In this document: in pieces, positions 17,717 through 27,900 of the stretch
Position numbering within the stretch: the stretch's first letter is position 1
How the letters are laid out: each line of letters opens with the position of its first letter
Origin: Candidatus Woesearchaeota archaeon
GTDB taxonomy: Archaea > Nanobdellota > Nanobdellia > Woesearchaeales > JAGVYO01
Length of the DNA: 50,137 nucleotides
Direction: 5' to 3'
NCBI GenBank assembly: GCA_018303225.1
Contig: JAGVYO010000021.1
Location: 1-50,137, forward strand
Program-made: the position numbers and the translations under genes
The notes under the pieces: generated by a model
What the model was told of the DNA's origin: nothing
What the model saw: only the letters and a program-made list of their open reading frames with translations
Databases searched by the model: none

Positions 17717-18876
17717 GTTAAAAAGGTCTTCAGCGTAGTTTGGCAACGCATGTGCCGCAATAATTTGCTCTGGTTTAATAAATAATCGGCATTGTAGCTG
17801 AATTTCTTCTTCACCAATTTGCGGACGTAATCCAGCATCAGCTCCTTGCTGCCGAAGACGATGGGCTTATTGCCTATGGTTTTTCGGGTGGCTTCACGTA
17901 CCACCCAGACGCCCAACGGCATGTAGTAATCGTCGGTCACAAAACGCAGCGACAATACAGAAGCCTGCCGTTTCATCTCTTTAAGCTTCTCCAGGATGGG
18001 CAGCCGGTTGGCATAGTAGCCGCCTACGGTGCTGTGCGCGTAGGCCTTTCTTCCCCCATAGAATTCGTGATCCGTCCAAACGCCGGGTTTGGCGGTATGT
18101 TTGACCATGGTTTCAAACAATTCATAGCTCCAGACCTGAGGGAAGAGGAGGATGATGTAGAAATTCCCCAGATAGCCGCCGAAGAAAGCCATGTAATCCG
18201 CTTCCGGATACTGCTTGATTTCTTCGATCAGGCTCTTCCCCAGCGTATCATCCGTGGCGGTGATGGACCATCTTGTCGGAACCAGTTTTCGGTTGGCTTT
18301 GGTGCCTAACGTGCCGATGCTCAATAACTTGGTCAGATATGTTTCGTCAATGCCTTTTCCATAAAGGTAAGGGATGGCTTCGGAGGCCTTGAAGTCAGTA
18401 TCTGAAACCACCCGCTCCACTTTGGTCGGTATATGCGGATTTTCGGTCAATTGGGCTTTCTTCAAGGTAGCTTTTGGACCAGTGGGAGCCATCCATCTGC
18501 CTGCATTTAACCGGAAAAAAGGCTTCTCCTCCAGATTGATTTCTATGTCCACAGCCTTGGAAGCCATACCGACTTCCCTGCTGATGTCCAGGAACCTGCT
18601 GCGGGTCCGCACATTGGACTGGAAGCGTGAATTCACCAGCGCTGAGCGATAATCGATGATTTTTTCAATATCGAAATTGCTTGCCGACCAATGGCGGGGA
18701 TTGTCAAATTCCCAAATGTTTTCCAGCCGTTCGGGCGGGCTGAGGATACCTACGTTGATGTCCGGATAATTGAAACGGCCCACGAACACATTCGGAGCGC
18801 TCCCCTGGAAATGGTCCTTCAGCAGCTGGTTACGGTATTTGAAGAGCTGCTGGTAACGATAGGTAGGAATCTGCAT
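17713..18876 (-). CDS. nreA: Nre-family DNA repair protein (COG1602, NreA-like).
   Basis: Contains FVGRFNYPDINVGILSPP and KLVPTRWSITATDD. ATG 18876 is preferred over the TTG at 18882. A TATA-like CTTTTTATTC lies about 27 nt upstream. Confidence 0.7.
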   Translation of the reverse strand: MQIPTYRYQQLFKYRNQLLKDHFQGSAPNVFVGRFNYPDINVGILSPPERLENIWEFDNPRHWSASNFDIEKIIDYRSALVNSRFQSNVRTRSRFLDISREVGMASKAVDIEINLEEKPFFRLNAGRWMAPTGPKATLKKAQLTENPHIPTKVERVVSDTDFKASEAIPYLYGKGIDETYLTKLLSIGTLGTKANRKLVPTRWSITATDDTLGKSLIEEIKQYPEADYMAFFGGYLGNFYIILLFPQVWSYELFETMVKHTAKPGVWTDHEFYGGRKAYAHSTVGGYYANRLPILEKLKEMKRQASVLSLRFVTDDYYMPLGVWVVREATRKTIGNKPIVFGSKELMLDYVRKLVKKKFSYNADYLLNQSKLLRHMRCQTTLKTFLT

Positions 18877-18944
18877 GGTCAAAAAGAAGGCAAATGGGAA
18901 TAAAAAGGTATCGACTGCTGGATGTGATCAAAAAGGACTGAAGA

Positions 18945-19556
18945 TTATTCGCATTTTTCTAATTTGAATATCGGATTGTACTTTTTGGCTATGCCGAAAC
19001 AGAAATCATGATTTGTTGGCTTTCCAGTTTTCTTGAGCTTCAGTTTGTGAAATAACCCACCCCATTCTCCCATGGTAGGATAATTAAAGGCACATTTGAT
19101 CCTGTAGGGCATATTAAACATATAATCAGAAAAGCAGACCAGCCATCTGGAGACGGGACCATATACGGCATGGTCTTTAATTATGAGATAACGCTTAGAC
19201 AACCTTTTCATCTCCTTAACGAAGTAAGGTATATTTTTAGTGTGGTGCAAGACATCCAAAGACAAAACAATATCAAACGTCTTGTCCGGATAAGGCACTT
19301 TCCTGCCTTGGTATAGCCTTCTTGGGATTTGTGAAGGCCGATTGCCCTGGATGTCCACCCCGACTATCTTCAAAGAGGGATTGAAATCCATAATCATCTT
19401 TGATACAGAGCCGTTATCGCATCCAAAATCTAAGATGGTGGAGTTGTTCTTACATAAAAAGGCTATCTTCTTGGCAAGTGGTTTTTTATAGAGCAGAAAG
19501 GTCACAATGTCAAAGAACAGCCTTATTGGATATAACAGAACGCCTGTAATGCCCAT
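18945..19556 (-). CDS. Class I SAM-dependent methyltransferase with an N-terminal hydrophobic segment.
   Basis: Has motif I ILDFGCDNGS and the post-I segment VGVDI. ATG 19556 is preferred (TATA-like CTTTATTAAG about 28 nt upstream); the ORF-track TTG is at 19577. The gene is AT-rich relative to its neighbours. Confidence 0.7.
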   Translation of the reverse strand: MGITGVLLYPIRLFFDIVTFLLYKKPLAKKIAFLCKNNSTILDFGCDNGSVSKMIMDFNPSLKIVGVDIQGNRPSQIPRRLYQGRKVPYPDKTFDIVLSLDVLHHTKNIPYFVKEMKRLSKRYLIIKDHAVYGPVSRWLVCFSDYMFNMPYRIKCAFNYPTMGEWGGLFHKLKLKKTGKPTNHDFCFGIAKKYNPIFKLEKCE

Positions 19557-19667
19557 ATTCACCAAGAAAAAATCCAAGCTTAATAAAGTTTTCTTAATCC
19601 CGTTTGGTGCAAGCTAAGTTTTATCCGTCCAAAACCCTTAAATAGAGGTAATCGGTTGGAAAATGCT

Positions 19668-20696
19668 ATGGCGTTACTGGAAAAGGAGATCCAACAAATC
19701 CGTGAAGAGCTCGGTACGGCGAGAAAACCTTTGTTCTTTTTCGACGATGACTGCGATGGGCTGTGCGCATTCCTGCTGATGTACCGATCCGTAAGGGAAG
19801 GGAAGGGCATCATCGTAAAAAGCGTTCCCCGGCTGGACGAAAATTCTGTCCACAAGATCCATGAATACGAGCCGGACAAGGTGTTTGTGCTGGATATCGC
19901 GAATGTTGAGCAGGATTTCATCGACGAGGCCAAAGCGCCGGTCATCTGGATAGACCACCACGATCCGCCAAAACTATCGCACGTCAAGCAGTTTAACCCG
20001 CGAATCCACAAGAAAAGCGACAATCTGCCAACGACCTTTCTCTGCCATCAGGTGGTGGGGCAGGATTTATGGATTGCAACTACGGGATGCGTAGCGGACT
20101 GGTTTATACCCCCTTTCCTGGAGGAGTTCAGGAAGGAGTATCCGGATTTGATCGATCCCAAGCTGAAAACACCGCCGGCCATCATTTACGAGAGCAAGCT
20201 GGGCGAACTGATCCAGGTTTTCTCCGCCATCCTAAAGGGGAAGACCGAGGATGTGATGAAGTGCGTCCGCATCCTGACGCGCATCCAGAGCCCTTATGAG
20301 ATATTGCGGGAAGAGTCGCCGGCCGGCCGGTTTATCTACCGGCGCTATCTGAAGATCAAGAAAGAGTACGACAAGCTGATGAAAGAGGTGCTCGCACAGG
20401 CCGGAAAAGAGAAATTGGTCCTGTTCACCTACAAGGACAACAAGATGAGCTTCACCGGCGATTTGTCGAATGAGCTGCTGTACCGTTTTCCGGGAAGGGT
20501 CATCCTCATCGCGCGGGAGAAAAGCGGGGAGATGCGGATGAGCCTGCGAAGCACAAATATCACGCTTCCGCCGATTCTCCAGAAAGCGCTGAAAGGCCTG
20601 GAGGGCTATGGCGGCGGCCATGAATATGCATGCGGCGCCAGCGTCAAGCTCAAGGATTTCGAAGAGTTCGTAAGGCGGATCAAGGAGCAGATTTAA
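19668..20696 (+). CDS. DHH/DHHA1-family phosphoesterase (RecJ/NrnA-like).
   Basis: Contains FFDDDCDGLCA, WIDHHDPP and GGGHEYACGASV. ATG 19668 is preferred (CCTTAAATAG about 27 nt upstream). Confidence 0.75.
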   Translation: MALLEKEIQQIREELGTARKPLFFFDDDCDGLCAFLLMYRSVREGKGIIVKSVPRLDENSVHKIHEYEPDKVFVLDIANVEQDFIDEAKAPVIWIDHHDPPKLSHVKQFNPRIHKKSDNLPTTFLCHQVVGQDLWIATTGCVADWFIPPFLEEFRKEYPDLIDPKLKTPPAIIYESKLGELIQVFSAILKGKTEDVMKCVRILTRIQSPYEILREESPAGRFIYRRYLKIKKEYDKLMKEVLAQAGKEKLVLFTYKDNKMSFTGDLSNELLYRFPGRVILIAREKSGEMRMSLRSTNITLPPILQKALKGLEGYGGGHEYACGASVKLKDFEEFVRRIKEQI

Positions 20697-20704
20697 GGTG
20701 CGTT

Positions 20705-21298
20705 ATGCTCATCGAAGCGACAATTGGTATTGCAGCGTTGGCCATTGTATTTCTCATCGTATTCTATCGTGATCCTTCGCGGCACTCGCCGCCCGGAAAT
20801 ACCGTGGCGTCTCCGGCTGACGGCAAGATCATCGGCATTATCCCGTATGGCAAGGAACTGGCTGTGAGAAAAGGAACGCATGGCATCGTCCAAAATGTGA
20901 CCGAGGGCGGCCCAAAAAAAGGCGTCATCATCGCAATTTTCATGCGGGTATGGGATGTGCATGTCAATCGCTGCCCGGTGGAGGGCAAGGTGATGAAGGT
21001 ACGCCATCAGGACGGAAAATTCCAACCGGCGCAGCGCATCCAATGGGAGAATGAAAAGAACGAAATCCTATTAAAGCATAAGACACTGGGTGTTATAAAA
21101 GTCATCCAAGTGGCTGGCTTAATTGCCCGGCGTATTATTTGTTTTACCAGAAAGGGAGAAATGCTCAAAAAAGGGCAGCGCCTTGGGAAGATCGTACTGG
21201 GCAGCCAAGTGCTGCTGGTCTTGCCGCACGGTGTCGGGATAATGGTCAAGAAAGGCGATTTCGTAAAGGCAGGTGAAAGCGTTGTTGCGCGATACTAA
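20705..21298 (+). CDS. psd: Phosphatidylserine (archaetidylserine) decarboxylase proenzyme, short Asd-type.
   Basis: Has an N-terminal TM segment, SPADGKI, and the self-cleavage-type G-S in KIVLGSQVLLV. AAGGTG lies upstream of ATG 20705. Confidence 0.7.
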   Translation: MLIEATIGIAALAIVFLIVFYRDPSRHSPPGNTVASPADGKIIGIIPYGKELAVRKGTHGIVQNVTEGGPKKGVIIAIFMRVWDVHVNRCPVEGKVMKVRHQDGKFQPAQRIQWENEKNEILLKHKTLGVIKVIQVAGLIARRIICFTRKGEMLKKGQRLGKIVLGSQVLLVLPHGVGIMVKKGDFVKAGESVVARY

Positions 21299-21347
21299 AC
21301 AGGATACCTGGAAAAAAGAAGGGCTGAGGCACCGGCTGGAGAACGCC

Positions 21348-22388
21348 ATGAAGAAAGGGCGGGAAAACATCCCGCTCTCGTTCACGGTGATGCGTGTCGT
21401 TCTTGTGCCCATCTTATTCGGAGTCATCCTTTACCAAAAGCCCCTTACTGCCGTAGCCTTCTATCTGCTCATTGGATTAGCAGCCTTCATCGACGGCTTC
21501 CTGACCCGGAGGCGTGCAGAGGATTCCCGTCTTCGGATCGTGCTGGACATGACAGCAGACCGGCTTTTCATCGATGTAGCCGTCATCGCCTTTTTGGTGA
21601 AGGGAACACTTCCTTTATGGGTGGCCTTGGTTTTTTTGGGCAGGGACGGTATTGCAACCGTGTGGAGCATCGTTTCATTGCGCAACCAGGAGAGGTCGTT
21701 CCGGCAGAGCGGCATCGCCAGCGTTGGTGTCTTTTTCCAGATCGTAGCGTTCCTTCCGCTCTTTTTCGGCGCGCTGGACTGGATCCTGATGGGTGCTGCC
21801 CTGGTGCTTTCGGTATTCTCCCTCTTCACCCTGATAGCAGGCTTTGAATTCCGCAAGGTGCCCAAAGAAGACCTAATCCCGGTTATCCATTTCGATCAGC
21901 TGCTCCAGCTACCCGATGTCTTTACGCTGGGAAACGCCATACTCGGATTGGTGGCCATTTTCCTTATCGTGAAGCAGCAGTTTCAGGTTGCGGCCGTTTT
22001 GATTCTTTCTGCGACGGTGCTGGATTACCTGGATGGAAAGCTGGCGCGCCGTCTGAAACGGGAAAACGGCTTTGGAAAAGAATTGGATTCGCTGGCCGAC
22101 ACGGTTTCGTTCGGGGTAGCGCCGGCATTGTTTGGTTTCAACCTGATTGCGACGCCATTGGCTGTTGCCTCTTTCAGCTTATTTTTATTTGCCGGCATTC
22201 TGCGATTGGCCCGCTACAACATCATGACGCCCAACACGGAATCCTTCCGGGGCATGCCCATCACGGTGAACGGCATCGTGATTCCTGCCCTTTATTTTCT
22301 CGGGCTTGAGCCCATGTATTATCCGTATGTATTTCTCCTGCTGGGCGCCCTGATGGTTTCGCCGATTTCTGTAAAGAAATTGAAATGA
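21348..22388 (+). CDS. Tandem CDP-alcohol phosphatidyltransferase fusion. The C-terminal half is a canonical archaetidylserine-synthase-like domain and the N-terminal half has a degenerate motif.
   Basis: The C-terminal half carries the exact D-x2-DG-x2-AR-x8-G-x3-D-x3-D motif in DYLDGKLARRLKRENGFGKELDSLAD. The N-terminal half has IDGFLTRRRAEDSRLRIVLDMTAD, where the first D is missing and G is replaced by R. The start is uncertain (GTG 21273 or ATG 21348). Confidence 0.7.
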   Translation: MKKGRENIPLSFTVMRVVLVPILFGVILYQKPLTAVAFYLLIGLAAFIDGFLTRRRAEDSRLRIVLDMTADRLFIDVAVIAFLVKGTLPLWVALVFLGRDGIATVWSIVSLRNQERSFRQSGIASVGVFFQIVAFLPLFFGALDWILMGAALVLSVFSLFTLIAGFEFRKVPKEDLIPVIHFDQLLQLPDVFTLGNAILGLVAIFLIVKQQFQVAAVLILSATVLDYLDGKLARRLKRENGFGKELDSLADTVSFGVAPALFGFNLIATPLAVASFSLFLFAGILRLARYNIMTPNTESFRGMPITVNGIVIPALYFLGLEPMYYPYVFLLLGALMVSPISVKKLK

Positions 22389-22401
22389 GCGGATGAGAAA
22401 A

Positions 22402-22409
22402 TTTATAAA
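22402..22409 (+). promoter_or_regulatory. TATA box (TTTATAAA) for tRNA-Gly.
   Basis: Centred about 28 nt upstream of the tRNA 5' end at 22434. Confidence 0.5.
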
Positions 22410-22433
22410 CGCCCTTCTTGTTCTCATCGCTGC

Positions 22434-22521
22434 GCGCAGATGGTCTAACGGCTATGACAGCGGCCTTCCATTTTTTCCGAGAAGCAAGCCGCTTATCCGG
22501 GTTCGAATCCCGGTCTGCGCA
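22434..22521 (+). tRNA. tRNA-Gly (anticodon UCC) with a 16-nt canonical intron (22471-22486) between positions 37 and 38.
   Basis: Hand fold: acceptor GCGCAGA/TCTGCGC, D-arm GTCT..TGAC, anticodon stem GCGGC/GCCGC, loop CT-TCC-A[intron]A, T-arm CCGGG-TTCGAAT-CCCGG, discriminator A. The BHB is CUUC:GAAG with bulges CA|U and CA|A. No CCA is encoded. Confidence 0.85.
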
Positions 22522-22648
22522 TTTTATTAAATCAGATAGTTATGTATAGCGCTGTTTCTAGAAGGAGAAACTTTATGAAAACGCAGATATCCGTGTTTTA
22601 ACGAAAAGATGCACAAATATCTTGATTAAGAAGGTTATTGGACTTTCA

Positions 22649-23287
22649 TTATAGCCCGCACAGGATCATCTTTTTTAGCATACCTGCTCTCCCTTCAGTA
22701 TCCAACCTGCGGACGGACATGTTTATTTCTTTATCCAGTACACCAAATCTACAAACGTTACTTGCTTTAAGCGCGTAATTAGAATCTTCCCCGAGCGTAA
22801 GATTGGGGTCAAAACCGCCTATTTTTTTGTGAATATCGGCATGGGAGAAGATACAACAACCGCATGCATGGGGATATATCTTTTGTGTGGTCCAAACCCA
22901 GAAGTTCCAAAGGTCAAACAAGACCCTGTCTATCATTCTGTCGGATTCAGGATTGGTTAAAACAGTTGCAACAACCAGTCTTTTTTTCTTCATATCATCT
23001 AAGCAGCGGCATACGAAATTCTCATGAAAGTCTACATCCGCATCTAAAAAAAGAATTTCCCTGTATTTTGCAAATGGTACGCCATTGTTTCTTCCCACGG
23101 GGGGCTTCCCCCCTTCAACTACCCTAGCCCCGTATTTCTGCGCAATTTCCCTTGACTTGTCTTTTGAGCCTGCGTCAGCAACAATTATATCCAACAGAAC
23201 TCCTTTTTGGGCGCTTAGATTTCTGAGCAGTCTTTCTAGATAGTGCTCTTCGTTTAATACAGGAACCACCACAGACAAGGGGTACAT
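22649..23287 (-). CDS. Family 2 glycosyltransferase.
   Basis: Contains SVVVPVLNEEHYLERLL, IIVADAGSKDKS and FLDADV. The gene is AT-rich. Confidence 0.8.
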   Translation of the reverse strand: MYPLSVVVPVLNEEHYLERLLRNLSAQKGVLLDIIVADAGSKDKSREIAQKYGARVVEGGKPPVGRNNGVPFAKYREILFLDADVDFHENFVCRCLDDMKKKRLVVATVLTNPESDRMIDRVLFDLWNFWVWTTQKIYPHACGCCIFSHADIHKKIGGFDPNLTLGEDSNYALKASNVCRFGVLDKEINMSVRRLDTEGRAGMLKKMILCGL

Positions 23288-23347
23288 AACTTTTAGTTAC
23301 ATGTGATTATTTAAAAAACTACCTACGGCCACCCTGTGAATCGTTGG

Positions 23348-23974
23348 ATGGATGATGTCCATGGAGAAGAGAAAAAACGAACATATTTAATTATTGGCCC
23401 TGTCACTGCTGTGGACATGAGCCTGGAAAACCGAACAAAAGTCAAGAACACCTCCCTTAATGTATTTGTAGTAGCTTTGGTTCTTATCCTGGTTTTTTCG
23501 GTGAAAAAGAATCAAAACATCGGGGGGTGGCTGATTTACCTGTCTACATGGATATTGATAGGAAATGTATGGGTAGGCGCCCATTACATGATAAAATATC
23601 TCGAACTGAAAAATACCTTTTTAAGCATATTTCTTGATACAGTATTATTGGCAGGCATGCTAACAGGGGTATTGTTTTTTCATCGCCTTGTCATATGGAG
23701 CATCGTGTTTGCTGTCTTCTTTACCGCGGCCGTCATAAAATACAGAATCATCAATTTATCCGCTGCAGACCATAGGATAAAGGAGTATACCTCAAAGAAA
23801 ATAAGAGTGGAGATTTGGGCAGTGCCCCTTCTCCTGATACTAGCTCTACTGGCCCATAGCCTTCCCCAGAACAGTGTCGCAATTCTGTTTCTGCAAGGCG
23901 CAACCTTATTTTTTCAGATTTTCTTCGTCGTCTGGTTAGTGTATGTTAAGAGGTTATATTCGATATTTGATTAG
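23348..23974 (+). CDS. Multi-pass membrane protein of unknown function.
   Basis: Five or six hydrophobic segments in the ORF-track translation. The start is uncertain (GTG 23336 or ATG 23348). It shares an AT-rich promoter region (23306-23318) with the divergent GT2 gene. Confidence 0.5.
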   Translation: MDDVHGEEKKRTYLIIGPVTAVDMSLENRTKVKNTSLNVFVVALVLILVFSVKKNQNIGGWLIYLSTWILIGNVWVGAHYMIKYLELKNTFLSIFLDTVLLAGMLTGVLFFHRLVIWSIVFAVFFTAAVIKYRIINLSAADHRIKEYTSKKIRVEIWAVPLLLILALLAHSLPQNSVAILFLQGATLFFQIFFVVWLVYVKRLYSIFD

Positions 23975-24237
23975 AACCTCAAATCGATTTGCCAAAAACC
24001 GCCCGTCACAAATTGCACGGTTTTGGAGGAATATAGAAATGCTCTGGATTTGGGAAACCGGAAATCCGTAGGATTTCATGATTCAACAGATTCCACTTTG
24101 ACCACCTATCTTAGATGCAAAGAAACCCGACGGATTTCCTGCACAAGAAATTACTGAGTGATTTCTTTGTCAGTGAAATTCTGTTGTTTAAATACCCGTC
24201 GCTGATCTGGACTTGGATAAATTTAAATATCCATTCG

Positions 24238-24969
24238 ATGACAGAAAGAAACAACATGATCAGCATCATCATACCAACCTATAACGAAGCTCGGTACATT
24301 AAAAGAACATTGCAGCAATTCAACGCATTAAAAGACCGTAAAAATTTTGAGGTCATTGTTTCTGACGGATGTAGCACCGACAACACTGTCATGGTCGCAG
24401 AAAAATATGCAGATAAAGTTATAGTATCTAAAAAAAAGTTGACCATTGCGGCAGGAAGAGACAATGGTGTGAAAATTGCTAAGGGCGATATTCTCATTTT
24501 CCTAGATGCAGACATCCAAGTTCCGTCAGTAAATATTTTCTTCAGAAAAGTTAAAGAGATATTCAAGAATCCGAGAATAGTAGCGGCCACCACGAAAGTT
24601 TACATTCGCCCCGCAGAGGCTACACTATTTGACAAGACCTTCCATTTTTTATTCTCACATTTATATTTTGTCCTTAATTTTCTCCATTATGGTGTAGCAC
24701 GTGGAGAATGCCAGATTATACGAAAAGATGTCTTTTTAAAAATCAAAGGATATGATAAGCGACTTGTTGCCGGAGAGGACTTCGATCTTTTTTATCGCTT
24801 GGGAAAGGTTGGAAAAATCCATTATTTCCGGGATTTGGTCGTTTATGAAAGCCGAAGAAGGTATGAAAGGATGGGTTATCCAAAGGTTTTAGCCCTGTGG
24901 TTCATGAATTATATGTCTGTAATATTTTTTAAAAGATCCTATTCCAAGGAATGGGAACCTGCCCGCTAA
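24238..24969 (+). CDS. Family 2 glycosyltransferase.
   Basis: Contains ISIIIPTYNEARYI, VIVSDGCSTDNT and FLDADI. The start is ATG 24238 or 24256; ATTTAAATAT at about 24220-24230 favours the latter. Confidence 0.8.
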   Translation: MTERNNMISIIIPTYNEARYIKRTLQQFNALKDRKNFEVIVSDGCSTDNTVMVAEKYADKVIVSKKKLTIAAGRDNGVKIAKGDILIFLDADIQVPSVNIFFRKVKEIFKNPRIVAATTKVYIRPAEATLFDKTFHFLFSHLYFVLNFLHYGVARGECQIIRKDVFLKIKGYDKRLVAGEDFDLFYRLGKVGKIHYFRDLVVYESRRRYERMGYPKVLALWFMNYMSVIFFKRSYSKEWEPAR

Positions 24970-27900
24970 TCATACTTTCAAGCTCACCACTTGGCTCATG
25001 CCGTGCTCGTTCATGGAGACCCCATAGAGGTTGCTGGCCTCGTTGATCAGGCCGTCGTTGTGGGAGATGATGATATACTGCGCTTTCTCGGAGTATTTGG
25101 CAATCAGCTTGGCAAGCTTTTCGGAGTTGTGCTTGTCCAGCGCCGCGTCCACCTCGTCGAGCACATAGAAGGAAGCGGGCTCGTGCTCCTGGATGGAGAA
25201 GATAAAGGCCAGCGCGGTCAGCGTCTTTTCGCCGCCGGACAGGGAACGGATGTCCATGAACTTGTTGCCGGCCAACTTGACCTTGACAAACAGGCCGCCT
25301 TCGAACGGGTTTTCCGGATTCTCCAGCTCCAGATGCGCGGCGCCTTTGGCGGTAAGCTGCTGGAAGATGTCCGAGAAGTTCTTCTGCACCGCCTCGTAGC
25401 TCCGCATGAAGAGATCCTTTTTCTTGCCTTCGATCTCGTTGATCATCGCCACGACATCGTCTTTCTCCTTGATCAGGGTCTGCTTCTTGCCCTGCAGGTT
25501 GTTGTATTCCTTCTCCACATCCTCGTAGATCTCCAGGGCACGCATGTTGATGCTCCCTATCTCGCTGCGGAGCTTCTCGAACTTCGCAATCTCATTCCGC
25601 AGCTGGTTCTCCGGCTTCTCCAAATCCAAGGGAACGCCCTCGTATTGCGTGAATTCCTGCTCCATTCCGGCCATCACGGCGCGCAGCTCGGCCATCTTCA
25701 GGGAATGGGTGTTTCCCCGGATTTCGACGTTGCGGCTCTTGTCGAGATGCTCGTCGATTACCCGTTCGTTCTGTTGGATAACCTCGTTCAGCTGGTTGCG
25801 CTTTCCGAAAAGGCTCTTGAATCGGGTGTAGAACACCTGAATAGCGGCTTCCTTCTCGGTCAACAGGGCATTTCTTTCCTTGACCGTATGCTCCAGATCG
25901 CTCTTTTCCTTGAGGAAGCCCAGCTCTTCCTTGTCAATCTGCTTCAGGATCTGGAGGGTCTTCTCTTTCTCGGGGAGGAGGATGGTATTAATCTGGATGG
26001 TGCGGTTCTTCATCTCGCCCTCGATGGCCATGATGGATCCGTCCAGTTCCCGGATCTTCTCTTCGAAGGTCGTAAGCTCTGCCAGCAGGATGGGATCGCG
26101 AAGCTCTGCTATCTTAGACTTCAGTTTCTGCCTCTCGTCCTTGTTCTTCGCCAGCTGCCTGTTGAGCTCTGTTATTTTTTCGCTGGTGACAGAGATGCGG
26201 CCGTCCATCTGCTCAATCTCCTTGAGCAGGCTGTCCTTCTTCTTCCGGTCCAGCTCAATGTCCCCTGATTCGAGATGGAGGCTTTTCTCAATCTTGATGA
26301 CCTCGCCCTCGAGGCTGGCCTTCTGGTTCCGCAGCTCTGCAATTTTTTCCTCGTTTTCCTTCCGGCGATTTTCCAGCGTGCCGATGACGGATTCAGTTTT
26401 TGAAAGGGTCGCCTCGTGCTCCTCCAGCTCTTTCGTGGCTTCCTTCTCCTTGAATCCAAGGCTGTGTTTTTTGGATTCCCTGAAGCCGCCCTGCATCACC
26501 CCGCTTACCGACGCAAGATCGCCATCCAGCGTGGCCATGCGCGCCTTCCCGATACCGAGACGCCGGGCCACATCGATGTTGTCCACCACCAGGGTGTTGG
26601 CAAAAACATAAGAGAAGATTTTTTTGTATTTTGGGTCAAATTCAATAAGGTCAATGGCCATGCCGTGGCAGCCGTTGGCATCCGCCAGCTTTTTCACGGA
26701 TTCGTCTACTCCTGGCGCCTTGATCTTGTTCAGCGGCAGAAAGGTAGCGACCCCCAGCTTGTTCTGCTTGAGGTATTTGATCAGGTCGGAAGCGGTCTTG
26801 TCGTTCTCCACCACGATGCTCTTCAGGCGCTGGCCGGCAGCCATTTCCAGCGCGGTTGCGTATTTCTTCTGGACATCCCCCAGCTCGGAGACTGTTCCGT
26901 GGATGTCGGAACGCTCGTTTTTCATCTCCAGGATCCGCTTGATGGCCCGGTCGCCGGCCGTGAATTCACGGATGCTGATGGTGCGGGCCTGCAATTTTGC
27001 AAGCTCTTCCCGCGCATGCTGCAGCGTGGTGCGGGCGTTGCCCAGCTGATGGGCGAGAGAAGCATCCTCGTCCAACCGTGTGTTCAACTCCAAGGTGGCT
27101 TTCTTGAACGTGTCGCGTTTCTCTTTCAAGGCCTCTGTCTGGGCGTAGTACTCTTTTTCGACTTCCTTTACCTTCTTTATCCTCTCATCAAATGAATCGG
27201 ACTGGTGCTGCAGCCGGTCCTTTTCCCGGATCAGATTGTGCTGCTCTTCCCGCAGCTCGTTGATGCCTTTTTGGAGCTCTTCGGCGCTCTTGTCCAGCTC
27301 TTCCACTGACTTTTCAATATCCACCACGTTGTCGATCTTATTCTTTTTCTTGAACTGCTCGACCTTCTGGAACAGCTTCTCCTTCTCCTTCTGCTGAACC
27401 TCTTTATCCTTTTCCAGGTCGGCCCTTTCCTTTTGGATGGCGGCGATGCGCTGATCGATGTCTTTCAGGGCATTCTTCAGATCCTGCTTGCGCTGGTGGA
27501 TCTTCTGGATCTCGTTCTGGCACGTCTCTGCCCGGCTCTGGTACTTGGTCAGCTCGATCTTCAAGGATTCGATATCCTTGTTCAGCTTCACCTGCTCGGT
27601 CTCCCCCTTCTGCTCGATCTCGCGGGTGATGTCCTCGATTTCTTTCTTTCGCGCCTCGTTCTGCTGCCTAAATTCTGAAATCCTGTCCTGGACCTGCTGA
27701 AGCTCGCGATGGGTCGTGTCCAGCTGCTGCTGCAGGGCGTCCCGTTCCTTTTCTTTCGCATTGAGCTGCAATTTCAGCAGCGAGGCCTTGTTCTGCGTGA
27801 TCCTGGCATCCATCTCCTTGAACTTCATGGCCTGGTCGCGGTCGCTTTTCAGCTCTTTGAGGTAGGTATCGCGCTCTTTCAGGATGATGTCGGCTTCTTT

